Made by a program: the position numbers and the translations under genes. From sequence record PP885688.1: a stretch of 64,000 nt of DNA; one strand, given 5' to 3'. Under the pieces are notes generated by a model, which was given only the letters and a program-made list of their open reading frames with translations, did no database searches and had not been told where the DNA came from. Positions 19,740 through 28,904 of the stretch are shown piece by piece (position 1 is the first letter of the stretch; the number at the start of each line of letters is the position of its first letter).

Positions 19740-20036
19740 ATGGACGCCTTTTCACGATTGGTAGCAAAGTCGCGGGATCTGGAACGAGAGGTCAACGGCC
19801 CGAAGGATTTCGTGGTCGGCAGAGAGCTGCTGATCAACGCCCAGCATCACCTATTCTTCCAGGTGGCGGGGGAGAACTCTGAGAAGCCGATGATCACCGG
19901 CGGCTACAACGGTCAGAACTACAAGCGATCTCTGCAGACGCTCACCAACTGCATTCAGATCATCGAGTGCGAAGCCAACAGCGAGGCGGTCAAGGCAGGA
20001 AAGAAACAGCCGTTCAGCCTCGCGTGGAAGTACTAA
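19740..20036 (+). CDS. Hypothetical protein
   Basis: ORF in co-oriented run. Confidence 0.65.
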   Translation: MDAFSRLVAKSRDLEREVNGPKDFVVGRELLINAQHHLFFQVAGENSEKPMITGGYNGQNYKRSLQTLTNCIQIIECEANSEAVKAGKKQPFSLAWKY

Positions 20037-20050
20037 CCAAGGAGTCGCAC

Positions 20051-20263
20051 ATGGCCAAAGGTCTCAAGTATGTACGTCAGGTTGTAGAGCAAGAGGGATT
20101 CGACTACGCCTTCCGCCACTACTCCAGCTTCAAAGAGGTAGAGGACGCAGAGTTTCACCGCCTGCGTCAAGCTTACGTCGACGCTGCCAATGCACTCGGT
20201 GCGTACACCGGCTGCGATGAAGAGCTCGACGAGGATGACGAAGATGAAGGTGACGATCAGTGA
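20051..20263 (+). CDS. Hypothetical protein with acidic tail
   Basis: AAGGAG SD before ATG 20051. Confidence 0.7.
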   Translation: MAKGLKYVRQVVEQEGFDYAFRHYSSFKEVEDAEFHRLRQAYVDAANALGAYTGCDEELDEDDEDEGDDQ

Positions 20264-20388
20264 TGGTGAAACGAAAGATCATCGATGACGATGCATTCTG
20301 CCCTAAAGGCTGCATGCTGCACCGCGATGTGTGGACTATGAATCCGAAGTACTGTCCGGATTGTGGGACCAAGATGCCGAAGAGATAG
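20263..20388 (+). CDS. 41-aa zinc-ribbon protein (not in ORF track)
   Basis: TGATG coupling; CPKGC...YCPDCG. Confidence 0.55.
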   Translation: MVKRKIIDDDAFCPKGCMLHRDVWTMNPKYCPDCGTKMPKR

Positions 20389-20431
20389 GTAGTAAACCCT
20401 GCACCACTTTTGCGAATAGGAAAGGCACCAC

Positions 20432-21034
20432 ATGACGAACGGTATCGTATCAATCACAGTCGGCGGCAGGATGGCAATGAAGATCGTCGCAGGCATCCAT
20501 GGCGCGAACGCTACCAATCTGGCGCTCAAGATCCGCCAGCTGGGGCGCGTACCCACAGGGGAAGAGGCCCGCGCATTCTGTCAGGAGATCAAGTTCGGAT
20601 CCCGCCTGTGCCTCGTCGTCCAGACACCTGAGGAAGACTTCTTCGCGGGCGACGACACCCTCTCTCCGGCCTATCGGGAGAAGTTCAACGACCCAGCTGC
20701 GAACCCACGTTTTGAGGATCGTACGCCCTGGGATCAGGAGAACACCGTCATCATCAGCGTCGACGAGTACGCCCCCAAGCCTGCGGGCTCAGTGTTGAAG
20801 CCTGAAGACGTCAAGATCTCGCCCTACGACAACAACCAGCTCCGCAGTCTTGAGATCGACAGCATCTGTGGAATTCAGGAAGACGGATCGTCAACCCGTC
20901 GCGTCATCTGGAATCTTCAGCAGGCCTTCCAACTGGGCTTCACTGCGCTCAGCCGTGGCGAGACGATTGATGGTCAGGTCCATCCTCCACAGCCGGACTG
21001 GATGACCGGCGAAGATGTCCCCGCAAAGGCATGA
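20432..21034 (+). CDS. Hypothetical protein
   Basis: ORF with AGGAAAGG SD-like sequence. Confidence 0.65.
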   Translation: MTNGIVSITVGGRMAMKIVAGIHGANATNLALKIRQLGRVPTGEEARAFCQEIKFGSRLCLVVQTPEEDFFAGDDTLSPAYREKFNDPAANPRFEDRTPWDQENTVIISVDEYAPKPAGSVLKPEDVKISPYDNNQLRSLEIDSICGIQEDGSSTRRVIWNLQQAFQLGFTALSRGETIDGQVHPPQPDWMTGEDVPAKA

Positions 21035-21222
21035 CACGCCGCCGCACACTTCTGCTCGGCATCATCCTAGGCATCCTTCTGGGCTGGGGTCTGGTCGCAA
21101 TGCACGCGGCTATGGCTCCGGTCCAGACTCCTGCTGAGGATGACGATGACGGCCCCGATTACAGCCCGCCGAGTTCCGGCTGGACCTACGTCAACTACCA
21201 CCCGCTCAAGGTCACACTATGA
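21031..21222 (+). CDS. Small membrane protein
   Basis: N-terminal TM helix; ATGA overlap. Confidence 0.6.
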   Translation: MTRRRTLLLGIILGILLGWGLVAMHAAMAPVQTPAEDDDDGPDYSPPSSGWTYVNYHPLKVTL

Positions 21223-21467
21223 AGAAGTTCCTTTACGTCGTACTCGCGTTTCTACTCGGTGCCGTCACCATGGCTGCGCTGCCGCGTCCGCGCTTCGAAC
21301 GCCTCTACTCCCAAAACCTCACAGGAGCGACACAGGGTGAAGAGATGATCTTCACCGTCTTCCACGACCGCGAGACTGGACAGGAGTCAGTTTGTGCCCG
21401 CCGGGTCTGGGACAGTCAGTCGGTGTCGTGCTATCTCACTGGGCGCACCTGGGACGCAGGAAAGTAA
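21219..21467 (+). CDS. Small secreted/membrane protein
   Basis: MKKFLYVVLAFLLGAV signal-like N-terminus; C-x8-C. Confidence 0.6.
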   Translation: MKKFLYVVLAFLLGAVTMAALPRPRFERLYSQNLTGATQGEEMIFTVFHDRETGQESVCARRVWDSQSVSCYLTGRTWDAGK

Positions 21468-21485
21468 CCGCATCAGGAGATTGTC

Positions 21486-21890
21486 ATGGGACTTGATCTC
21501 ACGCAGATCACGGTCAAGTCGAAAGAGGAGATCGTCTCACAGCTGTCGGAGTTGATTCACCGGCACCGGCGACGCTACATCAAGAAACACACGCGCCCCT
21601 GCCCGCTGAACTGCCAGTTCGCGAGTGTAGTGCGCAAGGGTGTAACTGGATGCTCGACCTGTGAGTCCAGCAATCCGGAGTCCTGCCGCCAGGAGGCCTA
21701 CTTCGTCCCGATCTCCACCAAGGACGAAGTCGCCGAAGAGTTCGCGCTCGACATTCGCGACCCGAAGATCCTGCAGCACGACTACCGCGACATCCTCACG
21801 CTGCTCTGGGTGCTGGGACAGTTCGATGGGGAGACGCCACAAGAGCAAGTCATCGCCAGCGCAGAGAAGCGCCAGCGGAAGGAAACGTAA
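21486..21890 (+). CDS. Cys-rich hypothetical protein
   Basis: CPLNC...CSTC...C cluster; AGGAG SD. Confidence 0.65.
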   Translation: MGLDLTQITVKSKEEIVSQLSELIHRHRRRYIKKHTRPCPLNCQFASVVRKGVTGCSTCESSNPESCRQEAYFVPISTKDEVAEEFALDIRDPKILQHDYRDILTLLWVLGQFDGETPQEQVIASAEKRQRKET

Positions 21891-22669
21891 TGGTATCGGG
21901 ATACGAGTTTTACAAGGGACCGTGGCAGGACACCGGCTGGCTGGTCAACGCGACGCATGCGTTCTTCACTGAGTATGCTCCGACGAAGAACATCTACGAG
22001 GTCACGAAGGAGAAGATCGTCGAGCGCCGCAAGTGGACTCCGACGCTGTCCTACTATGACACGCACTTCACCCAGATCCTCGAAGAGCTCGGCATCATCT
22101 ACGTCCCCAAGCAGGTGGACCCAGGTCCCGGCGTGCTCTTCCCGATCCCTGACTATCACCAGCGCCTGACCCATGGCAAGATCAACCCCTTCTATGAGCT
22201 GCTCCTCCGCGACCAGCCCGCTAAGTATGGATTCCTAGGCAAGAAAGATGCCTTCCGAGGACCGTCGTGGATGGGCGCGACCGATGAGGTCCTCCGGCTG
22301 ATCGCACGCTACCGTACAGTCATTCTGGTTGAAGGTCCGTATGATCTTCTCGCCTGCCGCCTGCTGTGGCCGAACGCTGCGGTGCTCTCGACCGGCACCA
22401 AGACCATCAACGATATGCATGTGGCGTATCTGCGCATGCTGGGCGTCAAGACGGTCTATCTCCTGTTCGACTATGAGTCTGCGAAGGCTGGTAAGTCCGA
22501 TGGTCAGGGACAGATCGCGATGGAGATCATCCGCAACACCTATGGCCGCACCTCAGGCCTGCGATTCGAGATCGCGAACTGCCCGAACGACGACCCCGCG
22601 ATGTGTCTCGAAGACTACTGGGGCGCTCAGGCTCTGCGCAAAGTTCTCGTAGGAATCTTTCCTCAATAA
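21890..22669 (+). CDS. DnaG-type primase catalytic/TOPRIM domain lacking the zinc-binding domain
   Basis: LFPIPD...KYG, VILVEGPYD, VYLLFDYE TOPRIM motifs. Confidence 0.75.
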   Translation: MVSGYEFYKGPWQDTGWLVNATHAFFTEYAPTKNIYEVTKEKIVERRKWTPTLSYYDTHFTQILEELGIIYVPKQVDPGPGVLFPIPDYHQRLTHGKINPFYELLLRDQPAKYGFLGKKDAFRGPSWMGATDEVLRLIARYRTVILVEGPYDLLACRLLWPNAAVLSTGTKTINDMHVAYLRMLGVKTVYLLFDYESAKAGKSDGQGQIAMEIIRNTYGRTSGLRFEIANCPNDDPAMCLEDYWGAQALRKVLVGIFPQ

Positions 22670-22699
22670 TCCCGGTCGGGCCTGTCGGATGGGTATTAG
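22667..22699 (+). promoter_or_regulatory. Class 1 promoter (TAAT-N20-GGGTATTAG)
   Basis: Motif match; upstream TAAT uses the primase stop codon. Confidence 0.8.
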
Positions 22700-22743
22700 C
22701 TCATGGGGACGCCAAGCGAAACCCCTTGAGAGGAACCTCCTAC

Positions 22744-24141
22744 ATGTTTGGACGTGCAAACTGGGCCATCATCGGTCTGAAGACTGAGTCGCTGCCGAAG
22801 TTCAAAGGCAGCCTCGACACCATCGAACTCATGCTGGCTCATTCGCAGCTGGCCGCAGCAGCAATCACCCGTTTCCTCAATCACGATTCTGTCGGAATCA
22901 ACCCGTTCGGCGCTCCCCGTCTCGACGAAGAGCACGGCATCTCTGACGCCCTCGCCTCCGATCTGATGGGCTACGCGACCGCGACGCCGGAAGAGAAGAA
23001 AGACCGTGGCGTCTCCCCCGAGCTGCAGGACCACGAGGGCTTCGGCTTCGGTCCCGATGCATTCTCACTCGATAGCTCGGCCACCCGCTTCGGCTTCTGG
23101 GTCGTCATCAACAGTTACAAGGATGTCAGCCACGTCGCCTCCATCAAGGAGCAGACGGCCAACACATCGTTCCAGCGTCCGTACAAGTTCCTCGCACCGA
23201 CCGACAAGAAGCAGGTCGATGCGGATACCCGTCCCGTCACCGCCGCCATCCGCAAGCAGTTCCCGGTCCTGATCGATTACCTCGAAGGCCGCATCTACAT
23301 CCAGTCCACCGCGAAGGCTGACATTCTGTCCGTGCAGGACGTCCTCGCCGACCTGGGCGCTGAGATTACAAGCCTCGCATGGAAGTTTGAAGTGGAAGGT
23401 CACTGGCCCTCGAAGGTTCTGAGCAAGCTTTACAGCGAGACGCTCCACAAGGACGCGTTCAAGGCTCGCGCCGAAGAGGCTCAGCGTTTCCGTGCCTCCG
23501 AGATCGAGAAGCTGGAGAACTCTGAGCTACAGAGCCTGGTCACGAAGTACTTCTCGACGACCGAGCTCGGTGGGGACAAGTTTGCGAACCTCGCGGCCCC
23601 TGCAGCGATTACGCTCCACGCAACCAGCCCAGCCATCGTGGTACAGAGCCCAACCACCGCCACCGACCTGCTCGGCCTGACCGATGACGCCGGTGTCTTC
23701 GCCGCCTCGGTCACCCTTCAGGAACGGATCACCATCACGAAGAAGTCCGGTGAAGAGCGTACCTTCCGCAAGGATCTGGTCAGCTTCGAGATCAACGATG
23801 GACTGAACCTCGTCGACGTTGGCGCGGCTCTTCTGCGTGGCTTCGATCTGCCGACCTTCAAGAAGGATATCCAGCGCGACATCAAGCAGACCAAGCGCGT
23901 TCCTCAGCTCTCTGAGTTCTGGACGCAGTGGTTGATCGATATGGCCACTGGTGTCCGCACGATCGAGTCTGAGATTGCTGAGATTCTCGGCATCAAGGAC
24001 GAAGACTACGGCATCCAGCCGATGAGCTTCGACGGCGGCAGTGACGGCGTCATCGAGGTCGTTGAGAATCCGTTCAAGAAGCTGCAGGAGATGGGCGTCA
24101 CCGTAACCCTGACGCAGGGTATCAGTGAGGTCGGTGAGTGA
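22744..24141 (+). CDS. Hypothetical protein, weak RdgC-like segment
   Basis: KQFPVLIDYLEGRIYIQSTAKADI resembles RdgC WIDxxNGLIxVD; resemblance only. Confidence 0.35.
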   Translation: MFGRANWAIIGLKTESLPKFKGSLDTIELMLAHSQLAAAAITRFLNHDSVGINPFGAPRLDEEHGISDALASDLMGYATATPEEKKDRGVSPELQDHEGFGFGPDAFSLDSSATRFGFWVVINSYKDVSHVASIKEQTANTSFQRPYKFLAPTDKKQVDADTRPVTAAIRKQFPVLIDYLEGRIYIQSTAKADILSVQDVLADLGAEITSLAWKFEVEGHWPSKVLSKLYSETLHKDAFKARAEEAQRFRASEIEKLENSELQSLVTKYFSTTELGGDKFANLAAPAAITLHATSPAIVVQSPTTATDLLGLTDDAGVFAASVTLQERITITKKSGEERTFRKDLVSFEINDGLNLVDVGAALLRGFDLPTFKKDIQRDIKQTKRVPQLSEFWTQWLIDMATGVRTIESEIAEILGIKDEDYGIQPMSFDGGSDGVIEVVENPFKKLQEMGVTVTLTQGISEVGE

Positions 24142-25259
24142 GCATGATCGCCGTCCGGCCTAAGCGCTGGCATGAGGTGATCGGGCAAGACCGGGTAGTG
24201 CGTGTGCTGCACGCGCTACTCCGGATGCCCCAGTTCATGACGCGCGGAATGATCTTTGAAGGACCCTACGCCGTCGGTAAGACGTCGTGTGCGTACATGT
24301 TTTCGAAGGCGCTGATGTGCCTCGATGACAAGCAGCCACTCGGTTGCGGTGTTTGCCCGTCCTGCATCACCGATCTGGACGAGCACAACTCCTTCATGGA
24401 GGTGGATGCTGCGTCGCACTCCGGCGTTGAGCAGGCTCGTGCGCTGATGGCTCGTCTCGATGGACCCTCGAACCTCGGCAAGCGCCACGTGGTGCTCATT
24501 GACGAGGCCCACAGGCTCTCAGTCCAGGCATGGGACATCTTCCTCAAGCCGCTGGAGCTCGGTGACACCTCGGTGGTCTTCCTGTTCGCTACGACCGACC
24601 TCAATGAGATCCCACTGACCATTCAGTCCCGCTGCGCCAAGCTGCGCTTCGGTGCGGTCGATACAGACGATCTCGTGGGGATGCTCACCGCAGTTGCAGA
24701 CGGCAAGCGCATCGCCTACACCAACGACGGTCTGCGTGCAGTAGCAGAGTCAGCCAATGGCCGCCCCCGGGATGCCGTCCTTTCGCTTGCACTCGTTGCT
24801 GCGACCGGAGAAGTCACCCGTGAGAACGCCGAGGCTGCGCTCAACCAGGACGCCAGCTCGATCGCGGCCCAGGTCTTTGTCGCCATCATGGAAGGCAAAG
24901 TCGCTGAAGCTGCGCAGACTGCCGACCGCCTGGCGCAACGCATTGGTCCGGTCAAGGTGATCGAGACTCTGTTCTCGCTCTATGCCCGCGATCTCTTTGA
25001 TGGAGCCAACGTCGCCGAGTACTTCGCTCCGTTGAAAGAGATGACCGCTTTCTTCCTGAAGTGGAACGCGGCCAGCCATCTCCCCGCCGATATCACCCCG
25101 CTCTTCACCATGGAGCTGAGTGAAATGCTGCGGGTCAACTACAAGCCTGTGATGCAGGTGACCGCATCGCCGTCCCAGCCCTCCCCTTCGGGCTCCTCGC
25201 AGACGCGGGGAACCACCGTAAACGAACACACCTTCAAAGAACTGCTCGGAGCACTCTAG
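24138..25259 (+). CDS. dnaX: DNA polymerase III gamma/tau-like clamp loader
   Basis: RPKRWHEVIGQ, GPYAVGKT, CGVCPSC, EVDAASHSGV, LIDEAHRLS, TIQSRC. Confidence 0.92.
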   Translation: MSMIAVRPKRWHEVIGQDRVVRVLHALLRMPQFMTRGMIFEGPYAVGKTSCAYMFSKALMCLDDKQPLGCGVCPSCITDLDEHNSFMEVDAASHSGVEQARALMARLDGPSNLGKRHVVLIDEAHRLSVQAWDIFLKPLELGDTSVVFLFATTDLNEIPLTIQSRCAKLRFGAVDTDDLVGMLTAVADGKRIAYTNDGLRAVAESANGRPRDAVLSLALVAATGEVTRENAEAALNQDASSIAAQVFVAIMEGKVAEAAQTADRLAQRIGPVKVIETLFSLYARDLFDGANVAEYFAPLKEMTAFFLKWNAASHLPADITPLFTMELSEMLRVNYKPVMQVTASPSQPSPSGSSQTRGTTVNEHTFKELLGAL

Positions 25260-26293
25260 TGATATTGACGTACGGCGACACTTCTTCTTTTGGCGATCTG
25301 CAGTGGTATATGGTCGAGCTCCGTTCGGAGCGCACAGTTGAATCCACGCTTCGCCGCCTTGGTCAAACCCTGCAGAAGATCTTCCGCGACACAGCGGTCG
25401 AACTCTTTCTGCCGATCCAGATTCGTGATCTGCACAACTTCGAGCTGAGCACAGGGAACTACATCTTTGCCCGCTCGCCCCAGTTTTCCCGCTTGCTTGC
25501 CATGCGTGCCGTGACCGGCGTCGTCGGTCTGGTGTGCGAGGGCGATATCAAGCACGCCTCCAAGGTCATCCCGGTCGATCACGAGTTCGTGAAGAAGATC
25601 ATCGACCAGGCTGAACTCGAATTCCTCGACCGCGCCAAGGATATCGACGTTGGCAGCTTCGTCCGCATCATCGACGGCGAGATGCGCGACTGGTGCGGCA
25701 CGGTCACCGAGATTCACGACGGTGTGGCAGCGGTCAAGGTGGAGATCAAGACCAAGACCATGCTGATCGAGACTCCCGTACGCAACCTGCTCGACAAGAG
25801 CTTTGTCCCGGCCTCCCTGCGTGTCTTCTATTACGGCGAGCTGGTGGAGGGTCTCGAGACTCTGGGCCTTGCTCATCTCCTTGCGGAGGATCTGCACTTC
25901 ACTCCTGACGTGGAGTCTGCGGATGATGGCCTCGAAGCACCGGCACCCGCCAAGCATGGCCGCCAGCAGACTGTGACGGCCCTGGTGAAGCGTCTGATCG
26001 TCACCGGAACCCTTGACCCCAACGTGATCGGTCGCGCGGTCCTGGAGGCTCTGATGGCAGGAGCGCTCAAGGCTCCGAAGAATCTCTCGATCGTGCACGG
26101 GATCATCAAGAACCGCATGATCGAAGACCACTTCAAGGCGATCGACCCCACCATCGAGAACTATCGCGATGTGGTGGAGCGATTCGGTCAGGCCTACAAG
26201 TTCTCTCTTCAGGATCTGGTCAAGTTGGACCCCGGCACCGGGATTCCACTGACGACCGAAGAAGACGACACCCAGGAGGTCACGCATGAGTGA
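25259..26293 (+). CDS. NusG-family transcription factor (NGN plus KOW) with C-terminal extension
   Basis: WYMV start, GNYIFAR, VTGVVGLV, KOW DVGSFVRIIDGEMRDWCGTVTEI. Confidence 0.8.
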   Translation: MILTYGDTSSFGDLQWYMVELRSERTVESTLRRLGQTLQKIFRDTAVELFLPIQIRDLHNFELSTGNYIFARSPQFSRLLAMRAVTGVVGLVCEGDIKHASKVIPVDHEFVKKIIDQAELEFLDRAKDIDVGSFVRIIDGEMRDWCGTVTEIHDGVAAVKVEIKTKTMLIETPVRNLLDKSFVPASLRVFYYGELVEGLETLGLAHLLAEDLHFTPDVESADDGLEAPAPAKHGRQQTVTALVKRLIVTGTLDPNVIGRAVLEALMAGALKAPKNLSIVHGIIKNRMIEDHFKAIDPTIENYRDVVERFGQAYKFSLQDLVKLDPGTGIPLTTEEDDTQEVTHE

Positions 26294-27323
26294 CACAACC
26301 ACCCCCGCAGTACCGGCAACAGAACCGGCAACGACCGCACCCGCTGCATCCACGACACCCGCTCCAGTCGTGGCTGCGGCGGCTCCGGCCAAACCGGCAC
26401 CCACTACCTTCGGCCAGTACCTGAAGGACAACATCCCGAATCACCTCAAGCTGCTCTTCATTGTCGGCATCATTGCAGCCTGCGTCTATGGCTACAACAA
26501 GATCAAGGACCTCGAAGCGCAGTTGAAGGACTCGCAGCAGGTCACCGCGACGCTCAACCAGAAGTTCCAGACGGTTGGGACAGCGGCGATCTCCGGAAAT
26601 GCGACGACCACGCAGAACGGCGTGAACTCGCAGGCCTCTGATGCGTTCGGGAGTGCACTCGTCGGCATGATGCAGCAGCAGGGAAGTCAGATCAACTCGC
26701 TCACCAACGCGATCGGGATGACGAACTCCGCTGTGACCGCACTCGCGACGCAGCAGGCCGCCTTCACGCCCGCACAACAGAACGTGACGACTGGCAGGCT
26801 GACGGCCTATCCGATGGATGAATCGCGCGTCGGTGCGCCACCTCTGTCTACGGTGAACCTCTTCTACGATCCCACGCAGCATGATCCGACGAAGGCCTTC
26901 GCGGGAACCAGCTGGACTCACAACCAGGAACAGTTCACCACGTCGGTCGGCGAGTGGTCGAAGAACAAGAACGGCGGCCTCAGCACCACGATGAAGCTGA
27001 GCCGAACGATCTCGAAGCCGGACCCGGCGAACCCTGGCAAGTTGATCACGCTTGGCACCGAGGAGATTCCGATCACCGGGTCGACCACGGTATACACCCC
27101 AGATGGAGTTCTCGCCGGTGCGCCAGTCACGGTACCTCGTTGGACTCTGGGGCTCGGACTCTCGAAGACGACCAGCACGAACGGCTCGAATTCACCCACT
27201 TCCGGCGTAGGCGTCTTTGGATCCATGGATTATAGGGTCACCGATCGCTATGGGTTGTTCATCGGTACCGCAAATAACGGGCTTCTGGGCGGAATCAGCA
27301 TCCGCCTCGACAGTAGTAAGTGA
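26286..27323 (+). CDS. Membrane-anchored protein with coiled coil and amphipathic beta C-terminus (spanin-like candidate)
   Basis: TM LLFIVGIIAACVYGY, coiled coil, C-terminal alternating strands RWTLGLGL...SMDYRV...GGISIRL. Confidence 0.4.
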   Translation: MSDTTTPAVPATEPATTAPAASTTPAPVVAAAAPAKPAPTTFGQYLKDNIPNHLKLLFIVGIIAACVYGYNKIKDLEAQLKDSQQVTATLNQKFQTVGTAAISGNATTTQNGVNSQASDAFGSALVGMMQQQGSQINSLTNAIGMTNSAVTALATQQAAFTPAQQNVTTGRLTAYPMDESRVGAPPLSTVNLFYDPTQHDPTKAFAGTSWTHNQEQFTTSVGEWSKNKNGGLSTTMKLSRTISKPDPANPGKLITLGTEEIPITGSTTVYTPDGVLAGAPVTVPRWTLGLGLSKTTSTNGSNSPTSGVGVFGSMDYRVTDRYGLFIGTANNGLLGGISIRLDSSK

Positions 27324-27330
27324 GGGGAAT

Positions 27331-28008
27331 ATGAAAGTTTCACGGAGCGCAATCCACCGTCTCGAAGTTGACGTGACCTGTGGATGCAAAGCACACGGAG
27401 AGTACGAGGACGAGGCCTGCAAGAAGCAGAAGGGCACGACCGCGTTCACCCCATGCGAGAAACACAAGGAAGCACCGGGCATCGACATGTTGGAGATGAT
27501 GCTCACCGAGGTCGTCGACAAAGAGGCCCGCGAGCTGGTCATCGCTCCACCGGAGCCGACGGTCCATCCACGGACGCTTGCTCTCAAGCAGGCCGCCGAG
27601 GCTGGCGCTGAAGGTGGTGAGGCCGCAACCGGGGCACCGGCACGGACTCTACGCACCACCGGCAGCACCGGAGCTGTTCGTTCGGCAGCAGCACCAGCCC
27701 GCAGCGCACCGGGTTCTCACCGGCCAGCTGGTGGCGGCGGTGGCGGCTCAAGCCCCTTTCGTCGCTCGGATCCGGGATCGCGTCTTAGCCCGGCTGCAGC
27801 TCGTCTCGCCGGTGGATCGAAGGTAGCCTCCTCAACCAGGGTGGCGGGCGGGAACGCGAATCCCTCCGGCATCTCGTTCGGAGGAGATCTCGACATCGAT
27901 ATGGACGAGGTTCCGGAAGACAGCCGCGTAACTCGTTTGCTTGAAGTGACTAACGCTCTCGGTGACGAGGATGAGGGTGACTTCGACGACGGCGACATCG
28001 AACTGTGA
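27331..28008 (+). CDS. Hypothetical protein: Cys/His N-terminal domain plus disordered tail
   Basis: CGCKAH...C...CEKH; GAGGGG SD before ATG 27331. Confidence 0.65.
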   Translation: MKVSRSAIHRLEVDVTCGCKAHGEYEDEACKKQKGTTAFTPCEKHKEAPGIDMLEMMLTEVVDKEARELVIAPPEPTVHPRTLALKQAAEAGAEGGEAATGAPARTLRTTGSTGAVRSAAAPARSAPGSHRPAGGGGGGSSPFRRSDPGSRLSPAAARLAGGSKVASSTRVAGGNANPSGISFGGDLDIDMDEVPEDSRVTRLLEVTNALGDEDEGDFDDGDIEL

Positions 28009-28054
28009 CGCTTTGCTGGACCGCGACTATCCCTCCAACTTTTAGGGGACATCG

Positions 28055-28900
28055 ATGGGTCTGAAGGCAGTCACAATCACACAGCCAAACCCGAGTGGGG
28101 CCTTCGTCGAAGGCCTCACCGATACCGTTGTCATCGGTACAGGAGCTGCTGACGCGGGTAAGGTCGTCATCACTGGCGCAGACGGCAAGATCGATCCTTC
28201 GCTTTACGTGAGTGGAGGCGGGGGCGATGCGACTCTACCGATCCCGGCGACGGAAGTGTCCTACGACAACACTCTCTTCCCGACTGTCGAAGCCGCTTTG
28301 AACTTCCTGCTCTACGTCGGCCTCCAGATCGCACAGTTCGTCGCAGATCCGTCCGTGGCCGAGATCGGTAGTGCCGTCAGTGATGTTGGGTTGAGCTGGG
28401 TCTACAACAAGCCAGTCGTCAGCGAGCAGGTGGTAATCAATGGCGACATCACTGTCACTGTGGTACCAGATCAGCGAGCCATTTCATACGACAGCAATCC
28501 CCCAGGCTTCGAAGTCAACCAGGATTTCGTCCTGACCGCGTCCGACGGGACCGAGACTCAGACCGCAACCTGCCAGCTGGTGTTCCTGCCCAAAGCTTAC
28601 TGGGGAATCGCAGCTGCGACGAATCTCTCGAACGACCAGATCCTCGCGCTTACGCAAGACTTCACCACAGCGATCAACAAGACGATCGTCTATGACGCCA
28701 CCGGGGGTGGATTCCCGTGCTACTGCTACCCAGCGTCCTTCGGTAAGCCAAGCCTCGTGGTCGTCAGCGGACTTCAGTTCTCGGCCTACACGGTGAACAC
28801 CCAGGTCGTCACCAACGCCTCTGGTTTTAGCCAGTCCTACTTCGTCATCTTCTTCAATAACCCTCAGAACGGAAGCAACATTACAGTGACCTGGTCGTGA
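28055..28900 (+). CDS. Putative virion structural protein
   Basis: Beta-rich, directly upstream of fibre gene. Confidence 0.55.
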   Translation: MGLKAVTITQPNPSGAFVEGLTDTVVIGTGAADAGKVVITGADGKIDPSLYVSGGGGDATLPIPATEVSYDNTLFPTVEAALNFLLYVGLQIAQFVADPSVAEIGSAVSDVGLSWVYNKPVVSEQVVINGDITVTVVPDQRAISYDSNPPGFEVNQDFVLTASDGTETQTATCQLVFLPKAYWGIAAATNLSNDQILALTQDFTTAINKTIVYDATGGGFPCYCYPASFGKPSLVVVSGLQFSAYTVNTQVVTNASGFSQSYFVIFFNNPQNGSNITVTWS

Positions 28901-28904
28901 TCCC

